A stretch of DNA of 57,774 bases from a virus (lineage: Duplodnaviria; Caudoviricetes), in IMG/VR virus record IMGVR_UViG_3300012953_000037, positions 1-57,774 of that record. The stretch is one strand, 5' to 3'. The notes under the pieces were generated by a model. It was not told where the DNA came from and ran no database searches. It saw only the letters and a program-made list of their open reading frames with translations. The position numbers were made by a program, and so were the translations under genes. Shown one piece after another: positions 56,539 through 57,774 of this stretch (position 1 is its first letter; the number at the start of each line of letters is the position of its first letter).

Positions 56539-57728
56539 GCACTAGATGGAAAGTAAATCCGTATCTTACGACAGGAGGGGTACAGACTGGATTGGAAGGA
56601 ATAGACATTCCCGACGATTTCGAAATGCCTTCTTGTGGGATAGAGGATGTCGATCGTGCTCTTTTCAAGCTTTTCAATGAAGACCTACCGTTGTATTACG
56701 AATTAGACGGAGACATGAAAAGAATTCCTTGTATATTTGCAGGCGGAGAAAGAGCTGTCATTCTTCGTAGAAAAGAACCTCTTAGAGATAGGCAAGGAGC
56801 GATTATTCTTCCTTTGGTATCTATCTTGCGAAACGGTATCGATCAAAGCACTGAAAATAAAGCGATAGGTACGGGATCAGGGTCGCTTACACTAAGAAAG
56901 AAAATAGCTGTAGAAGACAGGGCTTTCAAACGACTGTACAATATAAATGGTGTCAAAAACCAAGATAACACACATGGAGAGCCTAGAGATACGAATACAG
57001 ATTTAGCATTGTCTAATTTGAATGTGTACGAAATCATCACGATGCCCAATCCGAAATTCTTCAAAGCTACTTATGAAGTGACATTCTGGGCCCAATACTT
57101 GCAACAAATGAACGACATCATCGAAGCTTTGATTACTTCGTATAATAGTCAAGTTGCAAGAAGTTTCAAAATAGAAACAGAGAAAGGGTATTGGTTCGTT
57201 GCAACAGTCGAGTCTGGCTTGAGCGATGGGAATAATTTTGACAGTTATCTAGATGATGAAAGATTGATTAAGACGTCTATTACGGTAGAAGTCACAGGCT
57301 ACATCATCAATCCCAAGTACCCGGGAGCACCGAAACCTTTTCGAAGGTACATAAGTGCACCCAAAGTTGAGTTTGAAACTATAGTAGAAGAGCCCGCTTT
57401 TGTTTCTAGCTCTAAAATCCCATCGGGAAATCCTGAAGATTACGTCTTTGACGATTTCCTTACAGAGAAACAGCCTCTTCCCGGGAAAGCGATTGGATTC
57501 GTTGACCCTCAAGGCGATGAGTTCTCTGTCAACATCGGTGGAGAAATCAAAGATGGAACAGAAGAAAATCTAAAAACAATCAACGCAAACCCTAAGAATG
57601 TGAAAAAGACTACGCAAGAAATTGAGCTAGTTGATCCTTTCACGGGTGAGCCAACAAGAGCGACAGTAAAATCGAAAAACCTTTCGAAGGGCGAAACTGT
57701 CTACATATTAATTAAAACTTTGAACTAA
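56535..57728 (+). CDS. Tail terminator / sheath stabilizer (T4 gp15-like)
   Basis: Position. IPCIF...LPLVSILR...P......YEVTFWAQY.QQMN.IIE pattern. ATGA overlap. Confidence 0.6.
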   Translation: MSTRWKVNPYLTTGGVQTGLEGIDIPDDFEMPSCGIEDVDRALFKLFNEDLPLYYELDGDMKRIPCIFAGGERAVILRRKEPLRDRQGAIILPLVSILRNGIDQSTENKAIGTGSGSLTLRKKIAVEDRAFKRLYNINGVKNQDNTHGEPRDTNTDLALSNLNVYEIITMPNPKFFKATYEVTFWAQYLQQMNDIIEALITSYNSQVARSFKIETEKGYWFVATVESGLSDGNNFDSYLDDERLIKTSITVEVTGYIINPKYPGAPKPFRRYISAPKVEFETIVEEPAFVSSSKIPSGNPEDYVFDDFLTEKQPLPGKAIGFVDPQGDEFSVNIGGEIKDGTEENLKTINANPKNVKKTTQEIELVDPFTGEPTRATVKSKNLSKGETVYILIKTLN

Positions 57729-57734
57729 CAATCA

Positions 57735-57742
57735 CATAATTA
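57735..57742 (+). promoter_or_regulatory. Putative late promoter variant CATAATTA
   Basis: 37 nt before the ATG at 57772, which has an AAGGAG RBS. That gene is truncated by the window edge; by T4-like gene order it may be the tail sheath. Confidence 0.5.
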
Positions 57743-57774
57743 TCACCAGAATTATAACAAGGAGACCTATAATG

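Noticed and set aside
263-57512. Numerous minus-strand ORFs of 60-192 aa (e.g. 55395-55973, 40152-40646)
   Set aside because: They are antisense shadows of long + strand genes, with no RBS, promoter or recognisable motif.
1-57774. Alternative genetic code or stop-codon reassignment, as seen in some large phages
   Set aside because: Core genes are full length in code 11, and TAA, TAG and TGA all end genes at sensible boundaries.
1-57774. CRISPR array, tRNA/rRNA genes, DGR, integrase or transposase
   Set aside because: I saw no spaced direct repeats, cloverleafs, reverse transcriptase or recombinase motifs. Module repeats are diverged at DNA level. This was a visual scan only.

Overview
This AT-rich window is the virion-morphogenesis region of a large T4-superfamily (myovirus-type, probably jumbo) phage. 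All supportable genes lie on the + strand and read in the standard bacterial code. From left to right: (i) about 1-17.9 kb, giant acidic virion-appendage proteins built from a small shared set of reshuffled modules, plus a DUF5659-like gene; (ii) about 18-34.5 kb, putative baseplate/collar proteins (FN3-like, LamG-like); (iii) about 34.5-40.3 kb, a DNA-metabolism island (RuvC-like resolvase, primase, fused SbcD-SbcC/Mre11-Rad50, small Cys protein); (iv) about 40.3-52.2 kb, the head module (TerL, portal, prohead protease, several core proteins, a divergent ribosomal protein bS21, scaffold, major capsid protein); (v) about 52.2-57.8 kb, putative decoration proteins, an EF-hand protein and gp13/gp14/gp15-like neck genes, ending at the ATG of the next gene. 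Two promoter classes can be read from the sequence: a repeated (T)ATAATTA late-promoter-like octamer, and TTGTAA-N17-TAnnAT sigma70-like promoters in front of primase and SbcCD. The most notable observations are the phage bS21, a shared helix-plus-cleavage-site motif in unrelated late proteins (a candidate head-loading signal), the modular appendage array, and a possible +1/-2 recoding site at 18317-18328. All calls come from motif recognition by eye; no database searches were run.
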